64,000 bases of DNA from an uncultured Candidatus Saccharibacteria bacterium (GTDB lineage: Bacteria; Patescibacteriota; Minisyncoccia; Phycocordibacterales; SBAW01), in NCBI GenBank assembly GCA_964650645.1, contig CAZYUH010000001.1, positions 15,373 to 79,372 on the forward strand. Reading direction: 5' to 3'. Of this stretch, positions 9,756 through 19,262 are shown piece after piece. The notes under the pieces are model-generated. The model saw only the letters and a program-made list of their open reading frames with translations, was not told the origin of the DNA and did no database searches. The translations under genes and the position numbers were made by a program. The stretch's first letter is position 1, and every line of letters starts with the position of its first letter.

Positions 9756-10889
9756 ATGAGCACATCCCGACTCTCGCCGACAGGATTCCTCAAGCTGTCC
9801 CAGGACGTAGCCTCCTTCTACGGCTTCAGACCCCTGCGCGAGGTGGAGAAGCTGGTGCCCACGTCGGTGCACAAGCGCGCCGCGCATAACTTCGCCTACG
9901 CGTCGGCGTCGCTGGCGCACCGCTCGGCGTCCGGCGACACTGCCATGGCCTATTACGCCAGCGCGAGCCCCCTGCACGTGCCCGCGGCGCTCGCGTCGCG
10001 CGAAATAGGCGAGTTCGGCCTGCAGGTGTCGGGCGCGAAAGAGAGCGTGGGCGAAGTGCTCATACTCAAGGCCGTCGCCACGATACTGTCGGAGTGGGGC
10101 GGCGGCGTGACGCGCGTGCGCATCAACGCCATGGGCGACAAGGACTCCCGCGCGCGCTTCGCGCGCGAGCTCGGCAGCTACCTCAAGCGCCAGGCGCACA
10201 ACCTGCCCGAGGAGTGGCGCGAGCGCGCCCTGCAGGACCCGATGGCCTTCTACATGTGCACGCAGGAGGCGTGCCTCGCGGTCGCCGAGCAGGCGCCGCG
10301 CGCGATGAACTTCCTTTCCGAAAAGAGCCGCTCGCACTTCCGCGAGATGCTCGAGCACCTGGAGCACCTCGGGCTCCCCTACGAGCTCGACGACAGCCTC
10401 GTGGGCGACGAGCGCGAGCCGCGCATCACCTTCGCCATAGACACGCAAGAGGACGCCACCGTCGTGGGCTCCATCGGCGGGCGCTACGACGATCACGTGC
10501 GCCGCATCTCGGGCCGCAAGGACGCCGCCGCCGTGCACGCGAGCCTCTACTTCCGCAAGAAGGGCCTCGCGCCCGGGAGCTTCCAGCTCGACGGCCCGGG
10601 CGCGCGCCCCCGCGTCTACTTCGTCCAGCTGGGCCTGCGGGCCAAGCTGCGCTCGCTTGAAGTGAGCGACATCCTGCGCCAGGCGGGCATCCCCGTCCTG
10701 CAGTCGTTCGACTCCTCCAAATTGAGCCCCCAGCTCTCGGCCGCCTCCGCCGCCGGCGTATCCCACCTCATCATCATGGGCCAGCGCGAGGCCCTGGACG
10801 GCACGGTCATCGTGCGCGCCGCCGACAACAGCGCCCAGACCACCCTGGGGCTGACCCAGCTGCCGCGCTACCTAAAGACCCTCGCCTAG
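9756..10889 (+). CDS. HisRS-like class II aaRS paralogue with degenerate catalytic motifs
   Basis: 377 aa. GGRYDD (HisRS motif) and a C-terminal anticodon-binding-like region (VYFVQLG...LIIMGQRE..DGTV.VR) are present. Equivalents of RGLDYY and GFAMGLERL are GDEREP and VHASLYFRK. Confidence 0.5.
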   Translation: MSTSRLSPTGFLKLSQDVASFYGFRPLREVEKLVPTSVHKRAAHNFAYASASLAHRSASGDTAMAYYASASPLHVPAALASREIGEFGLQVSGAKESVGEVLILKAVATILSEWGGGVTRVRINAMGDKDSRARFARELGSYLKRQAHNLPEEWRERALQDPMAFYMCTQEACLAVAEQAPRAMNFLSEKSRSHFREMLEHLEHLGLPYELDDSLVGDEREPRITFAIDTQEDATVVGSIGGRYDDHVRRISGRKDAAAVHASLYFRKKGLAPGSFQLDGPGARPRVYFVQLGLRAKLRSLEVSDILRQAGIPVLQSFDSSKLSPQLSAASAAGVSHLIIMGQREALDGTVIVRAADNSAQTTLGLTQLPRYLKTLA

Positions 10890-10930
10890 AGGTTGCGGGG
10901 CGCCGGCGCCCGTGGTATATTCTCCCCTAC

Positions 10931-11188
10931 ATGGCAAACAACGCAGAGGTCAAGAAAAACGATAATGAGAACACCATAAGCCTCATCCGCCGCTTCTCCA
11001 AGCGCGTCCAGGGCACGGGGCTCATACAGGCTACCCGCAAGCGCCGCTACTACGCCCGCGCCAAGTCCAAGCTCGTCACCCGCAAGGGCGCGCTCAAGCG
11101 CCTCGCCCGCCGCGAAAAGGTCCAGGAGCTCATCAAGCTCGGCAAGATGGAGGCCCGCGTGCCCGGCCAGCGCTTCCGCCGCAGGTAA
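10931..11188 (+). CDS. rpsU: 30S ribosomal protein S21
   Basis: 85 aa. LIRRFSKRV..G..I...RKRRYY..A..K..T.....LKRLARRE pattern of bS21. Confidence 0.65.
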   Translation: MANNAEVKKNDNENTISLIRRFSKRVQGTGLIQATRKRRYYARAKSKLVTRKGALKRLARREKVQELIKLGKMEARVPGQRFRRR

Positions 11189-11194
11189 CACGCG

Positions 11195-11533
11195 GTGCAG
11201 CGCATCCCCGCCGTTTTCAAGAAGATCCAGGCCGAGATCCTCGGCCCGAACTACGACCTGTCGGTCGTTTTTTTGTCCGATAAGGAGATGCGCCGCGCGA
11301 TGAGGTACCGCTACGAGCGCATCTCGGGCGTGAAGACCTCCAACGTGCTCTCGTTCCCGCTTTCCAAGGAGTCCGGCGAGATACTCATCTGCCCGAGCGC
11401 CGCGGCGCCGTTCACGCCCGCGTACCTCTTTATCCACGGATGCCTGCACCTCAAGGGGCGCGCGCATGGTGCTACAATGGAGCGTGAGGAACACCGGATC
11501 ATGAAGCGATTCGGCCTTCGCGCGCATGAATAA
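11195..11533 (+). CDS. ybeY: rRNA maturation endoribonuclease YbeY
   Basis: 112 aa. HGCLHLKGRAHG (H..LHL.G.DH zinc motif). Confidence 0.8.
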   Translation: MQRIPAVFKKIQAEILGPNYDLSVVFLSDKEMRRAMRYRYERISGVKTSNVLSFPLSKESGEILICPSAAAPFTPAYLFIHGCLHLKGRAHGATMEREEHRIMKRFGLRAHE

Positions 11534-12704
11534 CATCGTCACCGGCATAGACATCGGCACATACCACGTCAAGGTAGTCATCGCCGAGCGCGCCGACGAC
11601 CCGCGCCAGCCGCCGCGCATACTGGGCACCGGCTACGCCGAGTCGCGCGGCGTGCGCCAGGGCTACATCGTGTCCGTCCCCGAAGTGTCGCGCTCGGTGC
11701 AGGCCGCCGTCCTGCAGGCCTCCAAGGCCGCGCGCATCAAGGTGAAGCGCTGCTATCTCTCGGTCGGCGGCGTCGGGCTCGACGAGGCGTTCTCGCGCGG
11801 CGAGACCGTCGTCGAGCGCGGCGACAGCCAGATAACCGAGCGCGACCTGCCGCGCGCCATAAAGGCCTCGGAGCAGGCGCTCCCGCCCGCTACCACGCTC
11901 AACCGCAAGATTCTCCACACCATACCGCTCAGGCTCTCGGTGGACGGCGTGCGCGTCATGGGCCGCTCGGCCTCGGGGCTCAAGGGCGTGCGCCTCGCGG
12001 TCGAGACGCTGTTCATCACCTGCCAGGAGCGCCACGTGCACGACCTCGTTACGGCCGTCGAGGACGCCGGGCTCGAGGTCGAGGACGTGGTGGCGGCGCC
12101 GCTCGCCGCGTCGTTCATCGCGCTCTCGAAGCTCCAGAAGCGCGTGGGCTGCGTGCTCGCCAACATCGGCGCCGAGACGCTTTCCATAATCGTGTTCGAG
12201 GACAACACGCCCACCTCCATAAAGGTGTTCCCCGTCGGCGCGTCCGACATCACCAACGACCTGGCTTTGGGCCTGCGCATCAGCCCCGAAGAGGCCGAGG
12301 GCCTCAAGTCCGGCGCGGTACTCAACTCCTCGTACCCCAAGAAGAAGGTGGAGGACCTCATCGCCCGGCGCGTCCAGGACATGTTCAAGCTCATCGAGGC
12401 GCACCTGAAGAAGATCGGCAAGGACGAGCTCCTGCCCGCGGGCATCATCCTCACGGGCGGCGGCAGCGCCATACATACCGTGGCCGACCTCGCCAAGGCG
12501 GTCCTGCGGCTCCCGTCGCGCATCGCCAGCCTCGCCGAGGGCGCCGCGGCGAAGATGCAGCTGCGCGATTCCTCGTGGGCGGTCGCGTACGGGCTTACCG
12601 TGTGGGGCTTCAGCGAAGGGGGCGAGCTCGAGGTGCGCGAAACGAGCACGTTCATCGAGATGCTCCGGAGCGCATGGAAGTGGTTCAAGAAATTCCTGCC
12701 ATAG
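11526..12704 (+). CDS. ftsA: cell division protein FtsA
   Basis: 392 aa. Actin-like ATPase N-terminus (VTGIDIGTYHVKVVIAE), FtsA domain architecture. Immediately upstream of ftsZ. Confidence 0.85.
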   Translation: MNNIVTGIDIGTYHVKVVIAERADDPRQPPRILGTGYAESRGVRQGYIVSVPEVSRSVQAAVLQASKAARIKVKRCYLSVGGVGLDEAFSRGETVVERGDSQITERDLPRAIKASEQALPPATTLNRKILHTIPLRLSVDGVRVMGRSASGLKGVRLAVETLFITCQERHVHDLVTAVEDAGLEVEDVVAAPLAASFIALSKLQKRVGCVLANIGAETLSIIVFEDNTPTSIKVFPVGASDITNDLALGLRISPEEAEGLKSGAVLNSSYPKKKVEDLIARRVQDMFKLIEAHLKKIGKDELLPAGIILTGGGSAIHTVADLAKAVLRLPSRIASLAEGAAAKMQLRDSSWAVAYGLTVWGFSEGGELEVRETSTFIEMLRSAWKWFKKFLP

Positions 12705-12734
12705 GCCCCGGGCGCATGCCCTTGCCCAGGGTAG

Positions 12735-12763
12735 TTGACATTTAATGCGTTTGGGTGTATAAT
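12735..12763 (+). promoter_or_regulatory. consensus sigma-70 promoter (TTGACA-17-TATAAT)
   Basis: TTGACA at 12735-12740, 17-nt spacer, TATAAT at 12758-12763. The same 20-nt core (tttgggtgtataattaaaaaag) recurs at 52112-52140. Confidence 0.6.
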
Positions 12764-12785
12764 TAAAAAAGTACGAGTACGGGAG

Positions 12786-12813
12786 GAGCATGCCGCTCCT
12801 TCCTTTTTTTATT
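12786..12813 (+). promoter_or_regulatory. leader hairpin plus T7 tract between promoter and ORF (attenuator-like)
   Basis: GGGAGGAGCatgccGCTCCTTCC followed by TTTTTTT, 15 nt before ATG 12830. Confidence 0.4.
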
Positions 12814-12829
12814 CCGCAAAGGGGCAACT

Positions 12830-13310
12830 GATGATTCGATACTGTATCGCCGCGGCAATGGTGCTCGCGGTCGTCTTCTCGACCGTCGCGAACGCCGGCC
12901 ACAAGCCCGCGCCGCAGTCCGCGCGCCGCGCCGCGGCAAAGGCGCTTACGTGGGAGGAGTGCGGGAAGGCGCTTAAGAAAGAATGGGAGACGTATGGCAA
13001 AGCAAAGGGCACGGCCTTCCGCGCCTTTCTCGAGACCCAGAAAAAGGAGCGCGCAAAGCTGTATGCGCGCTACCCGTTCTACCTGGAGGCGCCGGATGCC
13101 GGCGCCGCGGGCGGATCCGCGCAGGACAGCGGATTCATGAGGGCGGCAAAGCGCGCGGCCTATGAAAAGGCCGTACAGGCCGCGTACGACGCCTACGCGA
13201 GCGCCGACCGGGCGGCGCTGGATGCTTACGACGCGGCGGCCGGCAAGCTGGTTGAAGCGTACAACAAAGCGGCTAAAAAAGCCTACACGGCCGCAGAAGC
13301 GGGGCGCTGA
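12830..13310 (+). CDS. small secreted Ala/Lys-rich protein (hypothetical)
   Basis: 160 aa. Signal peptide MIRYCIAAAMVLAVVFSTVANA. GGGG ribosome-binding site upstream. Confidence 0.5.
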
Positions 13311-13499
13311 CCCGCTTCATGGCGCACAAGCGCCGCAGTCCCCTCCGGGACCGCGGCGCTTTTCTTCTGCATGCGCAGTGCGGGCGCGTCCGGAACACCC
13401 CAGCACGGAGCGGGTCGTTTTGTCAAAGTTGCCAAGGCTTTCCCTATTAAGTAGAGTTGTAGGGCTACGGACAAGCGCTAAATCAACCATCTCTAACCT

Positions 13500-14741
13500 A
13501 TGGCACAAGTACATCCCGAAATCGAGGCATTCGCGCGCATCAGGGTCATCGGCGTGGGCGGCTCCGGCAAGAACGCGGTCAACCACATGGTCGAGGAGAA
13601 GGTGCGCGGCGTCGACTTCATCACGATAAACACCGACGCGCAGGACCTGCACCACTCCCTCGCCAAGAAGAAGATCCACATCGGCAAGAACCTCACGCGC
13701 GGCCTGGGCGCCGGCATGAACCCCGAGCTCGGCAAGCGCGCCTCGGAAGAGACCAAGGAGGAGATACAGCAGGCCATAAAGGGCTCCGACATGGTCTTCA
13801 TCGCGGGCGGCATGGGCGGCGGCACCGGCACCGGCGCAGCACCCGTGGTGGCGCGCACTGCCAAGGAGATGGGCGCGCTCACCGTCGCGGTCGTCACCAA
13901 GCCCTTCGCGTTCGAGGGCCAGGCCCGCATGCGCCTCGCCGACGGCGGCCTCGACGAGCTTCGCAAGGAAGTGGACGCGCTCATCGTCATCCCCAACGAC
14001 CGCCTCCTCGCCACGGTAGCGAAGGACACGACGCTCAAGCAGGCCTTCGCGCAGTGCGACGACGTCTTGAAGCAGGCCGTCGAGGGCATCTCCGACCTCA
14101 TCACCAACCCGGGCATCATCAACGTCGACTTCGCCGACGTGCGCGCCGTCATGGAGAACTCCGGGTCGGCGCTCATGGGCATCGGGCTTGCCTCGGGCGA
14201 GAACCGCGCGGCGGTCGCAGCCAAGGCGGCCGTCTCCTCGCCGCTCCTCGAGCTTTCCATAAACGGCGCCAAGGGCGTGCTGTTCGCCATCGCAGGCGGC
14301 GACGACCTGGGCATGCTCGAGGTCCACGAGGCGGCCAAGATAATCACCGAGTCGGTCGACCCGAACGCCAAGATCATCTTCGGCGCGGTGCGCGACGACA
14401 AGCTCAAGAAGGGCGAAGTGCGCGTCACGGTCATCGCGACCGGCTTCCCCGCCCTGGGCGTCCCTCTTGGCGCCTCATCCGCCGCGTCGCAGCGCGGCAC
14501 GCCGCTGTTCACCGCATTCGGCCGCGAGTCCGCCAAGGAGGAGAAGGAGGCCGACGTCCCGCCGCTGGGTGCCGTCGGGAAGATCTTCAACGCGCCGACC
14601 CCTCCCGCCCCGCGCGAGCAGAAGGAAGAGCCCAAGGTAACCCCGCCGTCCGCCCCCGAGCCCATCAAGATAAAAGTGGACGAGGACGACGACGAGTGGG
14701 GCGCGGTACCGAGCTTCCTGCGCCGCCCCAAGATAAAATAA
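13500..14741 (+). CDS. ftsZ: cell division GTPase FtsZ
   Basis: 413 aa. GGGTGTG tubulin signature, NTDAQ, and a C-terminal conserved peptide. Confidence 0.95.
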   Translation: MAQVHPEIEAFARIRVIGVGGSGKNAVNHMVEEKVRGVDFITINTDAQDLHHSLAKKKIHIGKNLTRGLGAGMNPELGKRASEETKEEIQQAIKGSDMVFIAGGMGGGTGTGAAPVVARTAKEMGALTVAVVTKPFAFEGQARMRLADGGLDELRKEVDALIVIPNDRLLATVAKDTTLKQAFAQCDDVLKQAVEGISDLITNPGIINVDFADVRAVMENSGSALMGIGLASGENRAAVAAKAAVSSPLLELSINGAKGVLFAIAGGDDLGMLEVHEAAKIITESVDPNAKIIFGAVRDDKLKKGEVRVTVIATGFPALGVPLGASSAASQRGTPLFTAFGRESAKEEKEADVPPLGAVGKIFNAPTPPAPREQKEEPKVTPPSAPEPIKIKVDEDDDEWGAVPSFLRRPKIK

Positions 14742-14750
14742 GCGAAAATA

Positions 14751-14780
14751 AGGCCCCGCCTAACGGCGGGGCCTTTGTCT
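14751..14780. terminator. bidirectional terminator between ftsZ and the dnaA-like gene
   Basis: AGGCCCCGCCtaacGGCGGGGCCT hairpin with a T-tract. Confidence 0.6.
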
Positions 14781-14785
14781 TGCGC

Positions 14786-15526
14786 CTATCCGGGAAGATT
14801 GAGAAGCTCGCGCTCGAGGGATTCGACCTCCTCCTTTAGCTTAGGGTCGAATTCGACGCGGGCGCAGCGCAGGCTCGCGGGAGGCGCGCCGCTTCCCTCT
14901 CCGACGGCCCGCTCTATCCTCTTTACGCCGTTGAGGACCGAAGCATGGTCCCTGCCGCCGAAGTGCTTCCCGATCTCGAAGAAGGATTTCTTCGTTATCT
15001 TCCGCGCCAGGTACATGCCGACCTGCCGGGGCCCCACGATATCCCTCGTGCGGGCGGACGACTTCAGCACGGACACCGGCACACCGTAACGCCTGGCCAC
15101 GGCGCGCACCACGTCATCGACGCCCGCGCGCTTGGGGAGGCGCGGATAGGTGCACGCGTACGGCTCTTCCCGGGGCGGCGCGGGAGCCGGAGCCGCAACC
15201 GGATCCCGCGCCGGCTTTTCCGCCGGCGCCCGCGCATCCTTCGGCGCGCGCGGCTCGAACCCGACCAGCGGGAGCGCCCGCACGGAAATACCGATGCGGC
15301 GCACGCCCGGCGCTTCGGCCTGGAAGGAGGACAGGATGCAAGCGGCGTACTTCGCCTGTATCCGCCTCTGGAGGAACACAGTCGGCACCGATAGCACGGC
15401 GCTCTCGTCCTGCATGCCGACAAGCTTGAGGCTCATAAGCCAGTTCTCATAGGCGTCCTGGCCGACGCTTTTCCGCAGCCTGTCCTGGATCCTGGACCAG
15501 CGGCCCTGCTCGATGCTATTCATCAA
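14786..15526 (-). CDS. DnaA-like protein with domain I, linker and domain IV only (no AAA+ domain)
   Basis: 246 aa. The N-terminus matches DnaA domain I (W..I...L......YENWL..L.......AVLSVPT.F). A Pro/Ala-rich linker follows. The C-terminus matches DnaA domain IV (IVGPRQVGMYLARKIT..SF.EIGKHFGGRDHASVL). No Walker A/B. Confidence 0.6.
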   Translation of the reverse strand: MMNSIEQGRWSRIQDRLRKSVGQDAYENWLMSLKLVGMQDESAVLSVPTVFLQRRIQAKYAACILSSFQAEAPGVRRIGISVRALPLVGFEPRAPKDARAPAEKPARDPVAAPAPAPPREEPYACTYPRLPKRAGVDDVVRAVARRYGVPVSVLKSSARTRDIVGPRQVGMYLARKITKKSFFEIGKHFGGRDHASVLNGVKRIERAVGEGSGAPPASLRCARVEFDPKLKEEVESLERELLNLPG

Positions 15527-15622
15527 ACGACTCCGTTCTGCTGCTTGGTGGAAGGGCTTCTGCCGCCATAGTACCGTCCGCCTCCCCTAGGCAGCAAGTG
15601 CATAAGACGCTACACTGGGCGT

Positions 15623-16573
15623 ATGTACGACTTGGCAATCATCGGCGGCGGCCCGGCGGGCGTCGCCGCCGGCGTGTACGCCGCGCGCAAGCGCCTCAGG
15701 ACCGTGTTCATCGCCGAAACCTTCGGCGGGCAGTCCACCGACTCCCTGGACATCCAGAACTGGATTGGCACGCCGCACATCCCGGGCCCCGAGCTGGCGA
15801 AAGCGCTCGAAGCGCACCTGCGCGAGTACGCCTCCGACGTCGTGACGCTGAGGGCCGGCGAGCGCGCGGAAAAGGTGGCGCGCTCTGCGAGCGGATTCTC
15901 GATAACGACCGGGAGCGGGAGCTATGAGGCGAAGACGGTGCTCATCGCGACCGGCGGCTCGCGGCGCCGGCTTAACGTGCCCGGCGCGGCCGAGTTCGAG
16001 AACAAGGGCATCGTGTACTGCGCTTCCTGCGACGGCCCCTTGTTCGCCGGGCAGGACACGGTGGTCATAGGCGCGGGCAACGCCGGGTTCGAGACGGCGG
16101 CCCAGCTCCTGGCCTACGCCAAGTCGGTCACCCTGCTTAACCGCCGCGACGCGTTCGACCGCGCCGACGCCAAGACCGTCGAAGCGGTCAGGGCGCACCC
16201 CAACATGGCCATCCTCACCGACACGGTGCCCGTTTCCGTCCACGGCGAGATGTTCGTCAAGAGCCTGAAGGTGAAGAACGCGAAAACAGGCGAAGAGCGC
16301 GACCTCCCGGCGGGCGGCATTTTCGTGGAAATAGGCGCACTGCCCGCGACCGGCCTCGTGCAGGGCCTCGTTGCCATGGACGAGTTCAACCATATAAAAG
16401 TGGACCCGCGCACCCAGCGCGCGTTTTCACCCAACGAAGCGGATGAGCCGTTTTTCGGAGTGTGGGCGGCCGGCGACTGCACCGACGGCCTGTACCACCA
16501 GAACAATATCGCCGCGGGCGACGCCGTGAAGGCGCTCGAGGACATCTACCTTTTCATACAGTCGCGCGGGTAA
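15623..16573 (+). CDS. trxB: thioredoxin-disulfide reductase
   Basis: 316 aa. GGGPAG FAD motif, redox-active CASCDG, GAGNAG NADPH motif. Confidence 0.85.
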   Translation: MYDLAIIGGGPAGVAAGVYAARKRLRTVFIAETFGGQSTDSLDIQNWIGTPHIPGPELAKALEAHLREYASDVVTLRAGERAEKVARSASGFSITTGSGSYEAKTVLIATGGSRRRLNVPGAAEFENKGIVYCASCDGPLFAGQDTVVIGAGNAGFETAAQLLAYAKSVTLLNRRDAFDRADAKTVEAVRAHPNMAILTDTVPVSVHGEMFVKSLKVKNAKTGEERDLPAGGIFVEIGALPATGLVQGLVAMDEFNHIKVDPRTQRAFSPNEADEPFFGVWAAGDCTDGLYHQNNIAAGDAVKALEDIYLFIQSRG

Positions 16574-16574
16574 G

Positions 16575-17939
16575 CTAGCGCGCGGGCACGTCGAATATCG
16601 AGCGCTCAACCTTCTCGCCTGCCAGATGCCGGGCGATGATGCGCCCGCCCAGCGCCGACGGCAGTATGCCCACCCCGTTGCACCCCAGGTTGTACAGCAG
16701 GACCGGGTTCTGCGGCTCGGGCCCCGCCATGCGCACGCCGTTCCTGGTGTAGCCCATGAGCCCGTGCCAGGTGAACGCGTATTCTATCGCGCGGTTCGGG
16801 TCGGGCTCGTACGTCCTGCTCAGGAACTCGTCTATCTCGCCGATGCGCTCGTCGGGCAGGTCCGACTCGCGCGCGTACGGAACGTCCTCGCCGAGCTTCA
16901 CCTCGGGCCCTCCTACCGACACGAGGTTGTGCTGGGAGCCCTTCTCGTACTCGTAAGGGCGGCGCGTAAGGTAGAAGTACGGCTCGAGCTCTGCCGCGGT
17001 GTCGGTCGGGTAATAGCTCATGGCCGCGGGCGGCTTGTCCAGCTTTTCCATGTAGCCCGACATGTATCCTACGTTGCCGCGCACGTTGGCGTGGAAGCGC
17101 CCGTCGAGCTCGAGCCCGTTCTCGTTTATTATCGTGAAATCCTCGAACCCGTTGGTGCACAGCACGACTCGGCGCGCGCTGACGGTGTGCTCGTGCGCGT
17201 CCAGGAGCGCATTGCCGTCGCGCAGGACGATTTTCCCTATGGGCGCATGCTCGTAGAGCGCGAAGCGCTCGGGGTAGGCGCGGTTGAGGTATGCCAGGAC
17301 TTCCTGGCACAACAGCGCGCTGTTTACGCACCCCTTCTGCGATGACAGCGCCGCCACGTACTCGCCTGACGGGGTTTCGAGCGCCGCGAGCACTTCCGCG
17401 CGCGGGACGACCTCGTAAAGACCGGCGTATTTCTCCGGTATGCCGGATAAAAACGGCGCCGTATCCGCGACGCGCAGGCGCTCGAGCGCGAGCCCGGCTT
17501 CGCGGCGCAGGCGGTTGCCCTCCAGATGCGCGAGCACCCTGCGCTCGCCGCTTATCCCCGCGTGGCCCACGAACCGGGAGAGCGGGATGGACAACCCGGC
17601 CTGCGTGTACATCTCGTCCAGAAGCGCCCAGGCATCCTCCTCGACGGCCCTCTGCCCCGCGGCGGCCATTTCCAGGCCGAACTCCCCCACGAGCCCGGCG
17701 AATCCGCGCTCGAAATAGCTCGTAATCTGCCCCGCGTTGTGCCCGGTGGCGCCGTGCGCCATCTTGTGGCGCTCGAACACGGCCACCTTCTTGTCGGTGT
17801 ATTTCAGCGCAAAGAAGGCCGTCGCGATGCCTGCAATGCCCGCGCCCACCACGGCCACGTCGGTCTCGATATCCCCGCGCAGTCTCCTTGAATCGCGGTC
17901 GTGGTCGAGCTGGTAGAGCCAGGGCGAATAGTTCTTCAT
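16575..17939 (-). CDS. FAD-dependent oxidoreductase (DAO family)
   Basis: 454 aa from MKNYSPW. VAVVGAGIAGIATA dinucleotide-binding motif. Upstream in-frame extension looks non-coding. Confidence 0.65.
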   Translation of the reverse strand: MKNYSPWLYQLDHDRDSRRLRGDIETDVAVVGAGIAGIATAFFALKYTDKKVAVFERHKMAHGATGHNAGQITSYFERGFAGLVGEFGLEMAAAGQRAVEEDAWALLDEMYTQAGLSIPLSRFVGHAGISGERRVLAHLEGNRLRREAGLALERLRVADTAPFLSGIPEKYAGLYEVVPRAEVLAALETPSGEYVAALSSQKGCVNSALLCQEVLAYLNRAYPERFALYEHAPIGKIVLRDGNALLDAHEHTVSARRVVLCTNGFEDFTIINENGLELDGRFHANVRGNVGYMSGYMEKLDKPPAAMSYYPTDTAAELEPYFYLTRRPYEYEKGSQHNLVSVGGPEVKLGEDVPYARESDLPDERIGEIDEFLSRTYEPDPNRAIEYAFTWHGLMGYTRNGVRMAGPEPQNPVLLYNLGCNGVGILPSALGGRIIARHLAGEKVERSIFDVPAR

Positions 17940-18346
17940 CGGATTCTCTTGAGCAGGGTAAAGTTGCCGCGGAAGCCCTCGACGCCCGAGGCACCCTCGT
18001 CTATGTCGCCCACGCGCACGACGACCTGGCCCGGCTCCTCGAACACGCCCACTTCGTGGCCGCCGCCGGGGTGCCAGCACACCACCCTGGACGCTTCGTA
18101 TTCGAGGTAATCGCCGGCCTGCACGGCGCACGAGCCGTCATACGTGCCCGCGTCGTGGCTCGTGCCGTCCGCCACCAAGACGACCCTGGTCTGCGGCTTC
18201 GCGGCCGTTCCCCATTCGGTGAAGCGCCACTGGTACGCGCCGTCCCGCGCCGCAGGCGCAGGCGAGCCACCCGCGCCGGCGATGGTCCAGGCCGCCGCGA
18301 GCGCGAATGCGAGCAGTACCGCTATGTCCCAATGCTTCCGTAGCAT
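17936..18346 (-). CDS. small secreted protein (hypothetical)
   Basis: 136 aa with an N-terminal signal peptide. Confidence 0.4.
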   Translation of the reverse strand: MLRKHWDIAVLLAFALAAAWTIAGAGGSPAPAARDGAYQWRFTEWGTAAKPQTRVVLVADGTSHDAGTYDGSCAVQAGDYLEYEASRVVCWHPGGGHEVGVFEEPGQVVVRVGDIDEGASGVEGFRGNFTLLKRIR

Positions 18347-18364
18347 AGGCCCAGTATACCAATG

Positions 18365-19117
18365 TTACAGCCGCTCGATAGACGTGGCCCATATGGTGCC
18401 GTCCGTGTCGTACCGGCTAGCCGGTTCGGGCGGCACGAGCGGGCCCGTCACCCTCACGCGCTCGCCCGTCCGGAAGCCGTCCGTCTGCGCCGCCATGAGC
18501 GCGGTATTTACGGCGTAATGCCCGTCGCTCTGGTCGATGGCGATTCCGAGCGCGCATTCCTCGGTCTGCGGGCCGCCCGTGTCCTTGTGCGGCAGGCATT
18601 CCCAGTACCCGACGACGCTCACCCGCTCGGGCGGCTCATGCATCGCATCCCTGCTCCAGCTTGAGACGAGCCAGGCATTGCCGCGCTTCTCAAGGCCGAT
18701 AGAGACCGGATGCATGGACGCGAACGCGCCGGGCACGTCCGAGTTCGCGACCTCCACGACATTCCCCCGCACCGTAGCGGATACCTCTTTGTAGGACACG
18801 TCGGTTATCTCGATGCGGTCGGGCCACGGGCTGCTGGTTGCGCGCCCGGGCGCGGCGGCAGGGTCTGCCTGCCACTGCGCCAAAAGTTCCGGAGTGACAT
18901 ACGGGCCATACTGCGCCTGCATATCGTTGGCGGCCGTGGGCGAAAGGAGTGACACGTTTTTCATATGCGCGCCCAGCGCGGTTACGACCGAGCGGATAGC
19001 AATGTCTTCGTTGTTCGAGACAGCCGCGTCGGGAGCGGGCCTATCGAGCGCCCCGAGCGCCACTATCGCCGCGAGCGCGAGTACGGCTATTGCGCCGAGC
19101 TTCAATTGCCTTTGCAT
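18365..19117 (-). CDS. secreted protein (hypothetical)
   Basis: 250 aa from MQRQLKLGAIAVLALAA, which is a signal peptide. Confidence 0.45.
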   Translation of the reverse strand: MQRQLKLGAIAVLALAAIVALGALDRPAPDAAVSNNEDIAIRSVVTALGAHMKNVSLLSPTAANDMQAQYGPYVTPELLAQWQADPAAAPGRATSSPWPDRIEITDVSYKEVSATVRGNVVEVANSDVPGAFASMHPVSIGLEKRGNAWLVSSWSRDAMHEPPERVSVVGYWECLPHKDTGGPQTEECALGIAIDQSDGHYAVNTALMAAQTDGFRTGERVRVTGPLVPPEPASRYDTDGTIWATSIERL

Positions 19118-19262
19118 ACGGTAATAGTAACGCTCGAAAGCGCGTTTTGTTACCGCGGCTATGAACACCCCGGCGCGGGAGGCGGAAGCATGGAGCGGCG
19201 GGGCACGGCGAAAGCCGCCCGTGAGGGCGGCTTTCGCCTCGAACCCGCGCGCTCTTTGAGCG

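Noticed and set aside
9084-10766. 560-aa minus-strand ORF
   Set aside because: Antisense to lepB and the HisRS-like gene, with extreme Arg/Ala/Gly composition and no motifs. It is a high-GC artefact. The same applies to 11499-12902, 13493-14731, 6556-7575, 10886-11629, 31069-31887 and 32844-33827.
15527-15622. Possible oriC/DnaA-box cluster next to the DnaA-like gene
   Set aside because: No TTATCCACA-like 9-mers or AT-rich unwinding element were found in the short intergenic region.
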